A stretch of 63,201 nt of DNA from Rhizaria sp. SCN 62-66 (GCA_001724265.1 MEDY01000144.1:1-63201); one strand, 5' to 3'; numbered from the stretch's first letter, positions 1 to 13,300 are shown. Numbers and translations are program-made. Notes: generated from the sequence alone by a model not told the origin.

Positions 1-1512
1 CACCTTTATATACCCGCCCCGAAACGACCGTGGGTGGTGTTTGCCCCAGTGTGAGCCTGTGAGACTTGGTGTTTTATGCAGAATGTCGGTTGTGACAACA
101 GCAGCAGGTAAAAAACAGATAAAACGAAGCCAAAAAACCTGCACAGTTGCAAATAAAATCCCACTCAAGAATGTTGTGGTGCCGAGGCGCGTATATGATC
201 AAACAGCTGAAAACAGCTGCGTTAGGATCGGAGCTTGTGGGGTGCTTTTGCTGAGGCGGACCCGGTAGGATCAAGACCAAAAGTAATGAATGCAATATTT
301 ACGTATTACAAGTACTCAATCCAACGAGTCAGAGGTACGAGGATTGTAAGCGTATTACGGAGTAGGTTGGAACTTCCGAACATCAAGAACTTAAGCTGAG
401 GCAAGCATATAAATAAGCAGCGTCGAGTGGAGAGCTCGTCCTGGTTTTGGTGATATACCGGCCTGCTCGGGTACGCACGACATAACATGGCCAACAGACA
501 CAGCTCCGCGCAGCAGCCTCACAGGACTCGGCTTGAAGACGATGAACCATGGCGTATCATGTGACCCATGATCTTTCACAGACTTCTCGGGATCGATGCT
601 ACGGGGATACATCAACACTGTGCCGACGGGGTGCGTTGCAGCCGCGTCATCAACGCCCCGCGCAGCTGGATTTGTGTACTCGTCATAGACGATGTTGCTT
701 TTCGGAAGTGACAAGGGTGTAGTTGCTTATGAAAGAGTAACGCTGTCATAGTGCAGTGCGATTAACGGCAAGACGTCACAGTGTCTTGACCGGCCGGCGT
801 GAGGCGTCTGTGAAGCCTGCAACCAGGCGCGTGATTTGCCGCCGCCATGCGGAAGTGGGGTGCACTGCATTTAGTCGTCACATCGTCAAGCCGGATCACC
901 ATACTGTACGGGTCATGCAGATTAGACATCGCGTTGTAGAGACCAAACGACATGGTGACGTCAGACTTCATGTTGTCCCTCGCGAACACAAGAATGGGCT
1001 CGCGCGCTTTGACTTGCAGCAGTGCAAGCATTGCTGGGAACGGCGTGACGTTGGTCCGAATTGGGGCAGGGTGGGCCGCATACTTGGTCATACAGCTCTG
1101 TACGTGTTATTGGTCCCAGGTTATGTACAACCTCAAAATAAACTCGAATCAACACAAACTAAAGGGTTGACACGCAATAGCTACCAAAAGTCCGCATACA
1201 CTTGATTAAAATCGAAAATAATAAGTGTACATGATTGTAATTTAAAATTAGTTCATGCGATTGGCACGCGGACCTGCAAGACTCCCAACGGTCAAAAAGT
1301 TGTTTGCCAAAGAACCATCCTCAATGTTGCTCAAACACCTGAACCTGATCGTCAGCAAGGCATCTAACGCCTGAAATCTACTGTCAAGTTTGCGTGAAAT
1401 AAGTTTCTTCACTAATACTATTGCACTCTTTGTTTCTATTTTAGTAGCTCGCCTTCTTTTCCCGACAGCTCCCTCTTCCCTTCCCAATCAACCTTTATCC
1501 TTGAGTCATCCA

Positions 1513-3174
1513 ATGGCCCACCGCGAGCCTAAGTCCTCCACAGCTGCGGACCCTGTCGCGCGTCGTACGCGCGCAGCAGTTTCATCCGCGCCGTCTGCAT
1601 CTGGATCCAGCGGCAACTTTGCCTCGACACAAGGCGCTGGTAACGGCGGCAACGGCTCCAGCTCCGTCGGCGCCGTCGTCTCGTCGTCGTCGTCGGCGGG
1701 CCGCACCATGGCAGACTGGCGCAAGCTCGAGAGCGATCTTCTCTCTAGCAACGCCGCGCTGCGCCGCCACGTGGAGGAGCTAGAGAGCAAGCTGTCCGCC
1801 ACGGCGTCGCTGGCGATGACCCGCGAGGCGGAGCTGGAGAGCGTCATCACGGAGCAGCACAACGCCATCGGCCAGCTCCAGGCGCACGCGGCCACCGCGC
1901 AGGCCGCGGCGACAGACCGCGCAGCCGCGCTTGAGGGCGAGGTCGCTGTGGTGTCCGCCGCGCGCGACGCCGCGGTGGCGGAGCTGCGGCGCAAGACGGA
2001 GTCGCTGTCGGCGCGCGTGCAGGCGCTGCTCGACGACCGGCACCGCTTCGAGGCGCGGCTCGAGAGCGCCGGCGTCGACGTCGTGGCCGCCGCGCAGATG
2101 CAGAGGCTCGACGGGTCGATTGTCGCGCCGCCGGCCGCGGGAAGTGGCAACGGCTGGGCGGCCAGCGAGGGCCTCGCCAAGGGCGGGATTGGGTCCGACG
2201 CCTACAGCGCCCACTCAGATGTACGACATATTATCATATCTTTTATCAGCAATAATGATGCAATCGAAGGCAGATGTACAGTTTTTTACTCGAACGATTC
2301 ACTCGTCTGAAATTAATTTATGTTAATATTCACTGACCACATCGATATGCGATAATGCTTTGTTTTGTTTCATCTTTCACAGTCGCTCGACTCGCTGCTG
2401 ACGTCGATGCGTGCGGCTCGCGAGCGCATAGTCTCGGTGCGCCACCGCTTCGAGAGCTCCGCGGCCGCGCTGTCTGCAACACAGGATCCCGCGCTGCCGC
2501 CGGCGAGCCCTGCGCGGCTCAAGGTGCGCTCGCGCCTCGCCGCGGCCGCGGCCGCTGCCGTGGCCGCCGCGAGCGAGGCCGCCGACGCCAACGCCACCGC
2601 GCTCGGTCGCAGCTTTGACAGCGACCTTAACTCGAGCCGCATCGCCCTGGCCGCCAGCTCTGCCGCCGCCGCCGCCGCCGCTGCGGGAGCCTTTTTGGGC
2701 ACCCCCGGCAAGTCTGGGCACCCGTTCCCGCCGCCCGTGAGCGCCGTCAAGAGCCGGTTCGGCGGCAACGGCTCTCGCGGGTACGACCATGCGAGTGTGG
2801 CCGCCGACACAGACCCCGAGTTCGACCACGATGCCCAGGCTGAGGCTGAGGGCGACGTGTACGCCGAGACGGACGCGGTTGAGGGCGACGCCGGCTACAC
2901 CGCCGAGGGCGACGCCGTTGACGTGCAGGCGGACGCGGAGGCGTTTGAGGGAGCTGAGGGAGACGCCAACGGCGCCGGCAATGAGTATTACGACGATGAC
3001 CAGAGTGGCCAGGCCAACGGGGCGAACGGCGACGAGGACTACGACAACGGCGACGCCCAAGGTCCATACGCTGGCGAGGGTGACGACGCGGCTGCGTACG
3101 ACGGCCAGGGCGATGAGTACGACCAGGGCGAGGGAGACGAGGTTGATGACCATCACTCCTACGCCAACCAGTGA
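1513..3174 (+). CDS. Hypothetical protein (~499 aa) with a predicted coiled coil and an acidic D/E/G/Y-rich tail; exons 1513-2220 and 2383-3174
   Basis: ATG at 1513 follows a pyrimidine-rich leader. Two GC-rich ORFs join in frame across an AT-rich phase-0 intron 2221-2382 (GTACGA...TTTCACAG). Ends in TGA. Heptad-like stretch WRKLESDLL...LESKL...LEGEV. Confidence 0.8.
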
Positions 3175-3382
3175 GCGCAAGTTGTATGTTTTACGCCAGT
3201 GAGTAACTTGCGGCTTGCGGTACCGTACCGAAGGGCCAGTTGACGTATCCAGATATCAATGTAGAAAAGCCTTGTTTATTTCCCACAATTACAATACAAA
3301 GTACATGTACAGTACAACATGACAGTGAAAACTCAATAACCGTTGACATGTTTTATGATACATGTGGCATCTTAATCACGCC

Positions 3383-4123
3383 TTATTCCGGCTGGTCAGG
3401 ATCATACGCACTCTCAGTCACGGCCGCAGCCGCAGTGCCGACTTCAGTGACAGCATCAGACTCAGCGTCACCAGTAGCCGCGCTTGCACTCGCATTCGGG
3501 GCAATGGGGCGCTCCTTGGCGGAAAGTTTAGCCGCCTTCATTGCGGCCACAGCGCTGCGCTGCTCCTGCCTCGCCTTCGCCCACGCGTTGCCACTTGCGC
3601 CCACACTGCTCACGCCCACACTGCTGGCGCTCGCGCTCGCGTCTGACCCGCCGGCAGCTGTCGCACCGGCTCCATTGCCGCCACCAGTCTCAGCGCTGCT
3701 TGTGACTTGCGCCGGCTTCGCTTGGAACACGAAGCTGATGCGGGCGCGCTGGTCGGGCAAGCTGGCGTACGCTGCGTCAACCTCAGCTGCAGCCTTCTCG
3801 GCAGCCGCCTTGGCGCGCGCCGCCATCGCCTTGGTCGCCTCCAGGCTCGCATTTGCCTGCTTGTCGCCCGTACTTGCAGCGGCAGCGGCGGCGACGGCGG
3901 TGTCGGCAGCGGCCGCGGTCTCGGCGGCAGCAGCGGCCGCCTTGGCAGCCGCGTCCGCCTTGGCGGCGTCCGCGGTCGCCAGCGCGTCCTCGGTGGACCG
4001 GCGGCCGTGCGAGGCAAATAAGCGCAGTGGGAGACGCAGCGGCAGGCAGTGCAGCGGGGGCGGGACCAGGAGGGTCACCGCAGTGCCGGCTGCGTCACCG
4101 CTCTCCGCAGTGACAGTGTAATC

Positions 4124-4155
<32 letters not shown>

Positions 4156-7100
4156 CGTTAGAAGTGCTGCTTGTGGGGCGCAATGTGACTGTGATCACGA
4201 GAGGAGTCGTCATTAACGCCAGCGCAGCGGCCGCAGTCGCTTCTTCGCTCGGCAATAGCAGAGGGTCCTTCGTGGGGTGGCCCTCGCGCACGCGCTTGCG
4301 GCGGGCCACGCGACCAGACTTCGAGCCATCAGCAGCATCGCTCTTGTTCGCGGCGGTGCCGGAGTCGGAGTGGTCAGCGTCAGAGTCGGTGTCGGAGTCG
4401 GAATCGGGCTTAAGCACCTTATTCTTCTGCTTATTATCAGTACTGCCCGCGTTATTCGCACCGCTGCTCTCCGGGTCATTGAACCGGGGCACCGCGGCCG
4501 CGCGCTCAAGCATCTTGACGCTCGCGCCGAACACACTGAGCCCAGTCGCGGAACTGTCATTGGCGCTCTTCAGCGCTGTGTCGCGACGTGACCACGCCTG
4601 GAAGCCTTGGTTCGCTGCAAGAGATGTGACGTTGGTCACGAACGCAGCGCGCTGGGCCTCGGGCAAAGGGACGTGTTTCAGGGTCTCGAGTGTGAGCACA
4701 GTGGTAGTCAGCGGATACGCCGACAAGGACTTCCCGGATTCAGCCGCGCTACTAACAAGGGCAGTGCTGTTGCTCTCTGAATGTGACTGTGAGTATGCGA
4801 AAGGCGAGAGGTTGTACGACTTAAGACGCATCGCAGCGTCAATACCGCAAATAATGCGGCTAAACCTCAAAACACCCGCCTTAGTCTCAGCCACCTCGCA
4901 CACATTCACGTCCGCCTCAGATTCAACAGCGGCACTGGTGTTGCCGTGGTCCCCGCTGCCGAGTGCGACGCGGGAGCGCACGCGCGCGTTGTGCGACTGC
5001 AGCCGGTCGAGCGCGTCCTGTCCCGGCGGCAGCAGCACGACGCGGAGTCCGTACTCGCGGTGGTTGTAGCCAATGCCGAAGCCGTAGCGGCCACCGGCGC
5101 CGTAAACCGCGGCGGGCGAGCTGCTCGCGCCGGCATGGGCACTACGCGGGAGCGACTGTGAGCCGAACACATACTCGGGCGAGAACGCGGAGACCGTGTA
5201 CGGCACAGGCTTAGTGCCGCTGCTCACAGTCATCTTAGTCTCACTGCCCACTTCCTCGACCTTTGCCGACTCAGCCGCGGGGGCGCTTGCGACAACGCGG
5301 CGGAGAGAAGCGGGCTCCGGGGGAACAGTGCCGAAGTCTAAAGCGTGCAACTGGCGGGTCAGAGCGTTCTCGGCAAGAACGACGACGGATTTGATATGCT
5401 AAAATTTACAAGCAAGACAAACGGAAGGCATAGAGCAAAAGAATAAATAATATTTGTGAGAAAAAATTCGAAAAGTAGAAGAGATCGAGAATTTACGAAT
5501 CACAAAATTAGGTTCGACAGAGACATAGCTGTGCACGTACCTGCTTGTTCCGAACCTCGAAGCCGTCCCGGTGGAGGTCCTCGACGCCCCACGCAAACCA
5601 GGGCCCGACGATGACGTCGCCCCAGTACCCCGGCAGACTGTACCGGCCCAGCCCCGCGGCCGCGGCCACGGCGCGGGCCCCGATCGCGGGCCCGCCGCGC
5701 TTGCCCCCAGCCACTGTGGCAAGTCCGGCGTTCATGCGGGCGAAGCCGCCGCTGTACTGACCGTGCGCGCCGCCGCTGCCACCGGCCTCGCCGCTGCTGC
5801 CAGCGGCGGCCGCGGACTCGGCGGATGCCACTGTGCGCACGTGGGTGACGGAAGAGCCATCGAACAACCCGCGCTGCTGCTACTGCTGCTGCTGCGGGCC
5901 GCTGCCGCCGTTGTTCTGGGTCGAGTAGCGCGAGCGCGAAGCCGCGGTGGACACGTCGGTGGCCTCACGGCGCGAGATAAGCGTCGAGTTCGACCACACA
6001 AACGCGCCGCTGCCGGCCGGGACTGCGGCGGCAGCGCTGTTGAGCGCAATAGAGTTACCGCTATCGTGACTTGGCCCTGCACTCGCAGAGCCAGCGCTCG
6101 CAGGCGTAAGGGTGTTACACAGATTAGACTGAGAGAGCGGGTTCTGCTCGCCATTGCGCGCGGTCGCGGGGGTCTTGTTCGTCGGCTCGTCCTCATAGGC
6201 CTGCCCAGTCTCGCGCCAGCGCTTGTAGTTCCACCCGTGCACGACGGAACACGTGCCCTGCAGCCGGAACGTGAGGTCGAAGTCGAACAAGTTAAGCCGC
6301 GAGTCAAAGCGCTGACCCAGATACGCGCGGACACGCGTGTCGCGCAGCTTCGCAAGAGAGAGCACTGACGCGGAGGGCGCGAGGGACGACGACGGGGGCA
6401 GCGCAGCGGGGTTCGGGGTGAAGGGCGGAGGCGGGGGATAATACAGAGGGAAAGGCGAGACGACGAAGTCCGCCGCGTCATCAGCAACCTTGCTCTCAGA
6501 GCTGGCACTCGGAGCTGCCGTCGCGCTCGCGCTAGCGCTCGAGCTTGCGCTCGCGCTGGCGCCAGTCATAGCCTTGGGCTTGGCCACCGTGGTCTTCTTC
6601 GACTTCTTGCGCTTAACGTCACCAGCGGAACTGTCCTCTGTGATAAACAGGCCGAAGCGCGCCATCACACTGGCAGAGTCGCCGTCGTCGTCATCGTCTG
6701 CAGCAGCAACAGCCTGAGAAGCAGTCTTGTCAGAAACAGTGGTCGTAGCATCCGCAACAGACTTACCAGTGCTCTCAGATGTAGCAGCAGGTGTCGTCTT
6801 ATTCTTAGTGTTCACGCTGCCCACCGCGGCTGCACTGCTACCGTGGCCGTCATCCTTGATCGAGCCAGCGCGGCCGCCCTTCGCGTTCGCGAGCGTGGCG
6901 GCTTCAAGCGCAACAACCCGGCGCTGCCACTTGGCCCACCGGGCGCGCTCCTCGCGCATGCCCGCCGACACCATGCGCACAACTCCGGCCCGCCCCTCTT
7001 GGTGCCCGCCCGGCACATGTGCCGCCGCCGCGGGGCCTGTGGTTAAGTCGGGGTCGGCGGTGACGCTCTCGTCGCCGTTGCTCCCACTCAGGCTAGAGCT

Positions 7101-7988
7101 AATGTTCGTAGTGCCGCTGCCGCTGCTGCCGCCGCTGCCGCTGCCGCTGCTGTTGCTGCTGTTGACTGCGGTTGAGATGGTGCCCGCGGCGGCGCCGACC
7201 CAGTCCCTGATCACGGTCGCAAGGTCGTCCTTCTCGCGGCCCTTGAGCCAGGCAACGTCGACGAGCGGCGCGAGCGGGCCGGTCTCCTCCTCGACGAGCA
7301 GCAGCACACGTGGCACAGCGCGCGCGGCCAGGTAGTGGTACTGCGGCCACGTCAGCAGCGCGTTGCTGTGCAGCGCGAGCAGCAAGCGCGCGCGGACCGG
7401 CGCTGAGAGCGCCTCGTCGGTGGCGACCGTGAGCAGCAGGCAGTGGCGCGCCAGCCCCTCTAGAGAGGGCTCCGCGGTGTAGAGCGCAACGTGCTCACGG
7501 TCGGGCTCACGGGCGTCGCTAGGAGCACTCGTGATGGAGGCGCTTGCAGGGGCGATGGCGCGGCGCCAGCGCGGCAGCTGCGACAAGGTGTGAATGGTGT
7601 GGCGGGCGTCGCCAGCGTGGAGCTGGAGCATGTTCAGAGCTGCCGTGGGAGTAAACGAAGTTGCTGTGGAAGGCCCTGCGTTCGTGAGAGAAGAAGCTGA
7701 GGCTGCGCTGCTGCTGCAGTGCGACAAGAGCGCGGTCGCGGAGGACTTTGCTGCGCTCAGATCAACGGTGCCAGTGCTGGTATTGTTGGCTACCGCAGCC
7801 AGATGCGGGGCAAAGATCGCTGTGGCTGCAGCATTGAGTGTAGTGAGGTCGACTGAGGGATGCGTGAAGAGTGGCTGTGAGTCACCTCCGTCGACGTACA
7901 TCCGGTCCAGCAGGTCGACAGAAGGGGAAAAACCCCAGAAGTTGGGGTGCCCAATACCTTCAGCCTCAGACTGGCCGTTAGGGTTCAT
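3383..7988 (-). CDS. DNAAF3: Dynein axonemal assembly factor 3 (PF22-like), ~1487 aa with long low-complexity insertions; exons 7988-5541 and 5398-3383; in-frame TAG at 5882-5880
   Basis: Recalled DNAAF3-family motifs in order: GIGHPNFWGFSPSVDL; LEGLARHCLLL; LKGREKDDL; RVRAYLGQRFDSRLNLFDFDL; YKRWRETGQAY; and, after the TAG, GYWGDVIVGPWFAWGVE...RNKQ|HIKS; LETLKHV. Phase-0 intron 5540-5399 (GTACGT...TTTTAG). Ends in TAA. Confidence 0.85.
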
Positions 7989-8492
7989 TGCAGAAAGACT
8001 TTGACGTGCAAGATCTGACTAAGGGGTGGGGGAAACTGGAGATTGTAGGAGTGTCGAGAGCTCTGCAGAAAAATAGCCAGGAAACAGCATATTGTGAGAA
8101 CTTCAGGGATATAATAAAGTAAATAAGTACAAGCGTCACGATTGCTGATCATATCCATCAGATATCACTATTGACGATGATATGAGCTCTTTATACTCAT
8201 TTGTTGAACGACCAACATTCAAAGTTCGAACCGTTTTTCGTTTGAGCTTCGCGAAGGTGGAGTAGCTCACAGTCAGGAAAAGGCTAATATTCAAGTTGTT
8301 TTCAATCGTGATCGATTGTATTATTGCACCGTTCGTGCATTTATTAATACAGGGACTAAATCTGTTCCATATGAACTTGTTTTTGTTTCTTCATATCATT
8401 ATCATTATTCGCAAATCCTTCATTTCCAAGACTCAACTCTGAGCGCAAACCGCGATCTCAACCTAACATCAGCATCGCACGTAGCCGCAATC

Positions 8493-9428
8493 TTACTTGC
8501 CCTGCGCAGCGCCATCCTTGTTAGCGTTGTTGATCTCCTCGAACACCTCGACCGCGAGCGCCGAGGGCCGGCCCTTGACGTCTGGCGACGCGAAGGCGCC
8601 CTGCTCGCGGTCGCTGCGATCCCTGTGCCCGTGCTTGTTGTCGTCAGCGGAGGTGGGGACCTCGCCCCAGTCGTCGTAGGTCGTGACGGGGTACTTGACC
8701 GCGCTGCGCGGGTCGCAGTATTGCAGCACGCCCGCCTCAGTCATCAACAGCACGCCGCACCGGTCGTAGTAGCTCACGTTGACGCTCACGCCCGCGTAGC
8801 CCGCGTGCGCGTGCTCGTGCGCGTGGCCGGCGTCCGCGGCGGCCTTGCCGTGGCCGCCGGCGTGGCTGTAAGCCGCCGCCTCGCCGCAGCTCGCGCCCGC
8901 GCCGGCGTCGTTGATGCTGGTGATGGGCGTGAAGGTGTGCACCTGACGCACGCGGCCACCCTCGCTGACCGTGATCACCACGGGCGTCGCCGCCGCGTCG
9001 CCGCCCTTGCACGTGTACGGGTGCGGCAGCAGCGGCTGCGCGGTGATGTGCGTGTGCGACAGCGCCTCGTCCTGCGGCGCGCCGCCCACCAGCACGTCCG
9101 TCACGCTGCCCGCCGCGCTGTCGCTCATGGCGCTGACGTTGGGGAGGTGGAACTGGATGCCGCTGGTGCGGACGACGCTGTCGCCCGTCGTCGTGTTAAG
9201 ACGGTACGCAACGCCGCTGCCGTCGGGCGACGGGGTCAGCTTTAGGTACCACACGCGCTCGCCGATGCCGCGAAGGCCCGCGGTGCCGGCGGCGGCCGCG
9301 GCGGCCGCGGCGGTGGCGTCGTTGGTGTTGAGGGGGGAGATGAAGCGCGTGGTGCCGTTCCAGCGGCCGGAGAAAGCGCGCAGGGTGGCGAGAGCGCGGG
9401 AGTTCTGTGTGTTAATGGGCGCAGACAT
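8493..9428 (-). CDS. Hypothetical protein (311 aa), possibly a beta-barrel fold (N-terminal GxW-type motif FSGRWNGT)
   Basis: Single GC-rich ORF from ATG to TAA with AT-rich flanks and strong third-position GC bias. The fold suggestion is weak inference. Confidence 0.7.
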   Translation of the reverse strand: MSAPINTQNSRALATLRAFSGRWNGTTRFISPLNTNDATAAAAAAAAGTAGLRGIGERVWYLKLTPSPDGSGVAYRLNTTTGDSVVRTSGIQFHLPNVSAMSDSAAGSVTDVLVGGAPQDEALSHTHITAQPLLPHPYTCKGGDAAATPVVITVSEGGRVRQVHTFTPITSINDAGAGASCGEAAAYSHAGGHGKAAADAGHAHEHAHAGYAGVSVNVSYYDRCGVLLMTEAGVLQYCDPRSAVKYPVTTYDDWGEVPTSADDNKHGHRDRSDREQGAFASPDVKGRPSALAVEVFEEINNANKDGAAQGK

Positions 9429-10351
9429 GACGCGAAAGGGGTACTCTTGTACTGTAGAAGAGGGGGTGTACGAATGGAGAGGGCGGAGCAGGCAGGAAAG
9501 AGTGAAAAAGTGTGAGGGGAGGGTCAGGAGAAATTAGCGGATTATGTACGTTTAGTCAAGGCTGAACGAGAGAAACGCAGAGTCATGTAAAATAGAATGG
9601 TGTTTTAATAGAAGTCCATTCAATACCAAGGCTATCTGCACTTGTATCATGGCATAGTGCAGACAGATAGCTGTTGTAGGTAGGGCGTGCCACGTGGGAT
9701 AGTCAAAACTAGAATCTACACCGATAAGTGAGCAAATTCAGGAGCGGTAAATATATAAAAATAGAACATAATAGAATGCTATCGCGCTAGTCTGGGCGTG
9801 TTGGTGTCATTTGGACTTGACGATCTGATCACGAAGGATCATGACGGGAATGTCAGTCGTTAAGCCCCTTTTTCGAGAATCTTCTGGAAGTGTCCTCGAT
9901 CGCAACATCGGCCTGCATACAAGCCGCGCTGCGGTATGTGTGCAGATATAACGCATCTTGAAGGAAACTCAAAGTAGTGATAAAACTCACTCATTTGCTG
10001 TGAATTCAAACGAAGACTAAGACACTGTGTGGAACTGTAGTGAACGGATCATCCTCGATGCATTTGTTGCTCTTCAAACGGGCAGGATCCAAACTTGTTT
10101 GTGGTGGACATCAAATAAAAGCAGACGCCATATGTAAAAAAAGCATCTTTAATCGAGTTATAAAAGAATATGCACTTTGACGACCGTGTGAAGCCAATTA
10201 TTAGCGTTAAAATAAAGAACAGTGTATAATCGTGGAGAAACCAACTTGAATAAGGAAAATTGCACGACCAAGAGATTGCCGATAAACCTTGGCAACCATC
10301 GCTATTCGAACTAGATAACACACAAGCACACAGCGCATCACATTGTCGCTA

Positions 10352-13300
10352 TTATATGTCGGAGAAGCCACGCTTTCCAGATGTGCGAGAAGCCTGCGTC
10401 ACAAACGCCTCGAACAACTGCGCCACAGCATTGCCACCGCCCGCGCCGGAGGCAAAGCCTCCATCTGCAAACGCGCCGGTGAAGCCCTGCAAAGACGCGC
10501 GCAAACCCGCCGGCTGGCGGATGCCGAGCACGCCCGCCTTAATGGCCGCCTTGCGCAGCACGCTGCGCGGCTCGCGTCCGGCGCCGCCCGCCCCGACAGC
10601 GCCTGCCGCGGGCTGACCCGCATAGTCGTTGTCGTCGTCATCATCGTAGTCGTCGTCGCTGCTCAGGTAGCCCGCACCTACGGCCCCTTCGGCGGTGTCG
10701 TCGTCACCCATGTAGCCCGCGCCTGCGCCAGCACCGGCACCGAGACCGGCATCGGCGGCAGCGCCCGCGGCTGCGGCCGAGGCGTCGCGAGCTGCGGGCG
10801 CGCCCGGTTGGGCGGCCTTGGGGCCCTTCTTCTTGGCCTCGACCAGGCCCACCACGGCGGCCGTCTCCGCCGCCGCCTCGGCCGCCGCGCGCGCGCGCAT
10901 GCCCGACGCAACGGCGAGCGCGGACTGCGACGCCGCCAACGCGGCCGCGGCCGAGACTGCGGCCGCGACGGCGACGAGCGGCGGCGCGGCGTCGGTGTTG
11001 GTCGCCGCCGCGCCGCTGCTGACGGGGAAGTCGAACACACAGCGCTTGGTGGCGTAGTCCACGACGGCGAGGCCCGCGCAGCCCAGCGCGGGAAGCGAGA
11101 GTAGCCGTGCCAGCGCGGATACACCCAGGTCGAACCACTGGTCCGCGGAGGGCAGCTCGTCGTTTTCGGCGGCTTTCCTGGCCGCGGCCTCGACGTACGT
11201 GCCCGCGAGCGCGGCGGCGAGGGGAACGGCGTGGTGCGTGGTCCGCAGGAGCAGCACATGGGGCCGCAGTAGCGCCGCGAGCAGGTCCAGCGTGACGGTG
11301 GCGGCGGGGAAGCCCAGGCCCGTGAGCACGGCCAGCGACGGTAGCGGGGCCGGCAGCAGCGCAGGGTAGCTGCGCTTGTTGCTGAGGTACGCGTGGGCAG
11401 CCGTTACCAGGACGCTGTGGCTGAAGGCCGCGCTGGGCAGGGTCAGGGCTGAGGGGTGCTTCGCTGAGACGGTGATGACGTCAGCAGAAGAGCCGTTTCT
11501 AGTGTTGTTGTGAGACGCGCGAGCCTGCTGCTGTTGCTGGTGCTGCTGCTGTTGATAGCGCTGCAGCTGCAGCTGCTGCTGGTGCTGCTGGTGCTGCAGC
11601 ATCACGTCCTCGCTCTCACTGCGTCCGCGGCCGCTAATGTTGCCGCCGCCGTCGGCGCTGGGGCTGCCGACGACGACCGGGGCACCGCCCTGCTGCGCTG
11701 CGGACGCAGCCGCTACAACCACATCCGCGTCGGAGCCGGAGTCAGTCTTGGATTCCTTGTAGTACGCGCCATACAGCGCGGGCACCTTGACCCCGGCCGC
11801 CGCGCTCGCCGCAGAGTCGACTTTGTCGCTCACTGCGGCCGCCGCAGCCAGCACAGCCGCGCGCAGAGCAGCCGCGGCCTCCGCCGCCGCAGCCGCGCCA
11901 GCCGCAGCCGCCGCCGCAGCGGCCTCATCGGGAGTGCCGTTGCCCGCCCTGCCGGCCAGCGCGGCCGCAGTGGCGCCCGCAGCGGTAACCGTCGCCAGCG
12001 ACAACGCCGCGCTGCGGCCGTGTCCGTGCCCTTGGCCGTGGTTGTACCCATGGCGGTCCGCACCACCCTTGGCCTTGAGGTTGACCGGCAGCAGCGTGGA
12101 TTCGTGCGGCAGCAACACCGCCAGCACGGCCGCCGTCGCGCGTGCCTGGTGGCGGATCTCCCGCGTCTTCGCGGCCGCCTCGGCGACGGCGGCGGCAGTG
12201 GCGGCGGCGGCAGCGGCAGGGTTCCGCGCGGCGGCCGCAGCTAACAAGCTGCTGTCGGCAGCGTCGCCCGCCTTGGCAGCAGCCACAACAGGCGGCTGCA
12301 GCGTCAGCACAACCGACACGCAGCGCCACGCGGCCTCGTACTCGCCCAGCGCCAGCGCGCAGCGCGTCGCGGCGGCGTACGCGGCCACGGCGGCGGCCGC
12401 GGCGGCGGCGGCTGCGGAGGCGGGGACCGCGGCCTCGGAGACCAGGAGCGGTTTGTGCAGCGTCGCGCTCGCCGCGCCGGCCCCGCCGCGGGCGCCGTCG
12501 CGGGGCGGCGTGTACGGCGGGCATGGGAAGCACACGGAGCCAGCAGAGCCAGCGCCAGAGCCAGTGCCAGCGCCGTTAGAGCCGGAACCAGAGAGGCCCG
12601 TGTTGACAAGTGGGGTGTAAATAGACGTGAAGAGCGGAGATACCGTTGCGATGGCGGCCAGGGCAAGGCCGGGGTGGTTGCAGCGGTGGCTCTGGAGCAG
12701 GAGCAGCGCGTGCGCGGGCGAGAACGGCACGGCGCTTGAGTTGGAGCTCGAAGAGCTTGCTGCAGCGTTAGCTGTTGCGGCTGCCGATGCTGACGCTGGT
12801 GATGTGAGAGAAGCGTTAATGTTCATGGCGGTAACAACAGTGCGGGTAAACACGAGCGTGTCGTGGGGCGTGACGCCGCAGCCATAGTCAGTCGCAACGC
12901 AGTCGGCGGTAGCGCTCGCGTTGGTGATGCCCGTGCTTGCGAGCTTGCGGGTGGGCAGCAGCAGCGCGGAGCAGACGGAGGCGTGGAACGCAAGCGCCGC
13001 GGCGGGAGACGCGGCAAGGGCCCCGGCAAGCGCGCGTGCGGGCAGGATGCGGGGCACCACGGTGGTGAGCGCGAGCGCGAGGGCGGCGCATGAGGCAGAT
13101 CCCGCAATGAGGCAGTAGACGAGTGCGGCGAGGCTGTGGCCTGCGGAGGCCAGAGTGCGCACGTTGTCCGCAAAGTCCGCGGGCAGCATTCCGACATAGT
13201 GCGCAGACTGCTGGGAAGTGGACGCGGACGCTGATGCGGAAGCACACGCGGCTGAGGAAGCCGGGAGCAGGGAAGGGAAGGTCGAGGCGCAGAGAGAAAC

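Noticed and set aside
8221-8290. GTTCGAA and TAGCTCA motifs as a possible tRNA (I looked specifically for a CUA suppressor tRNA)
   Set aside because: The boxes are in the wrong order and no cloverleaf can be formed. Other GGTTCGA hits (near 5511, 34557, 40172, 48318) also lack tRNA structure. No tRNA is visible in this window.
9631-9671. Imperfect inverted repeat GCTATCTGCACT...AGTGCAGACAGATAGC
   Set aside because: A single short hairpin with no second copy or target-site duplication; not enough to call a MITE or ncRNA.
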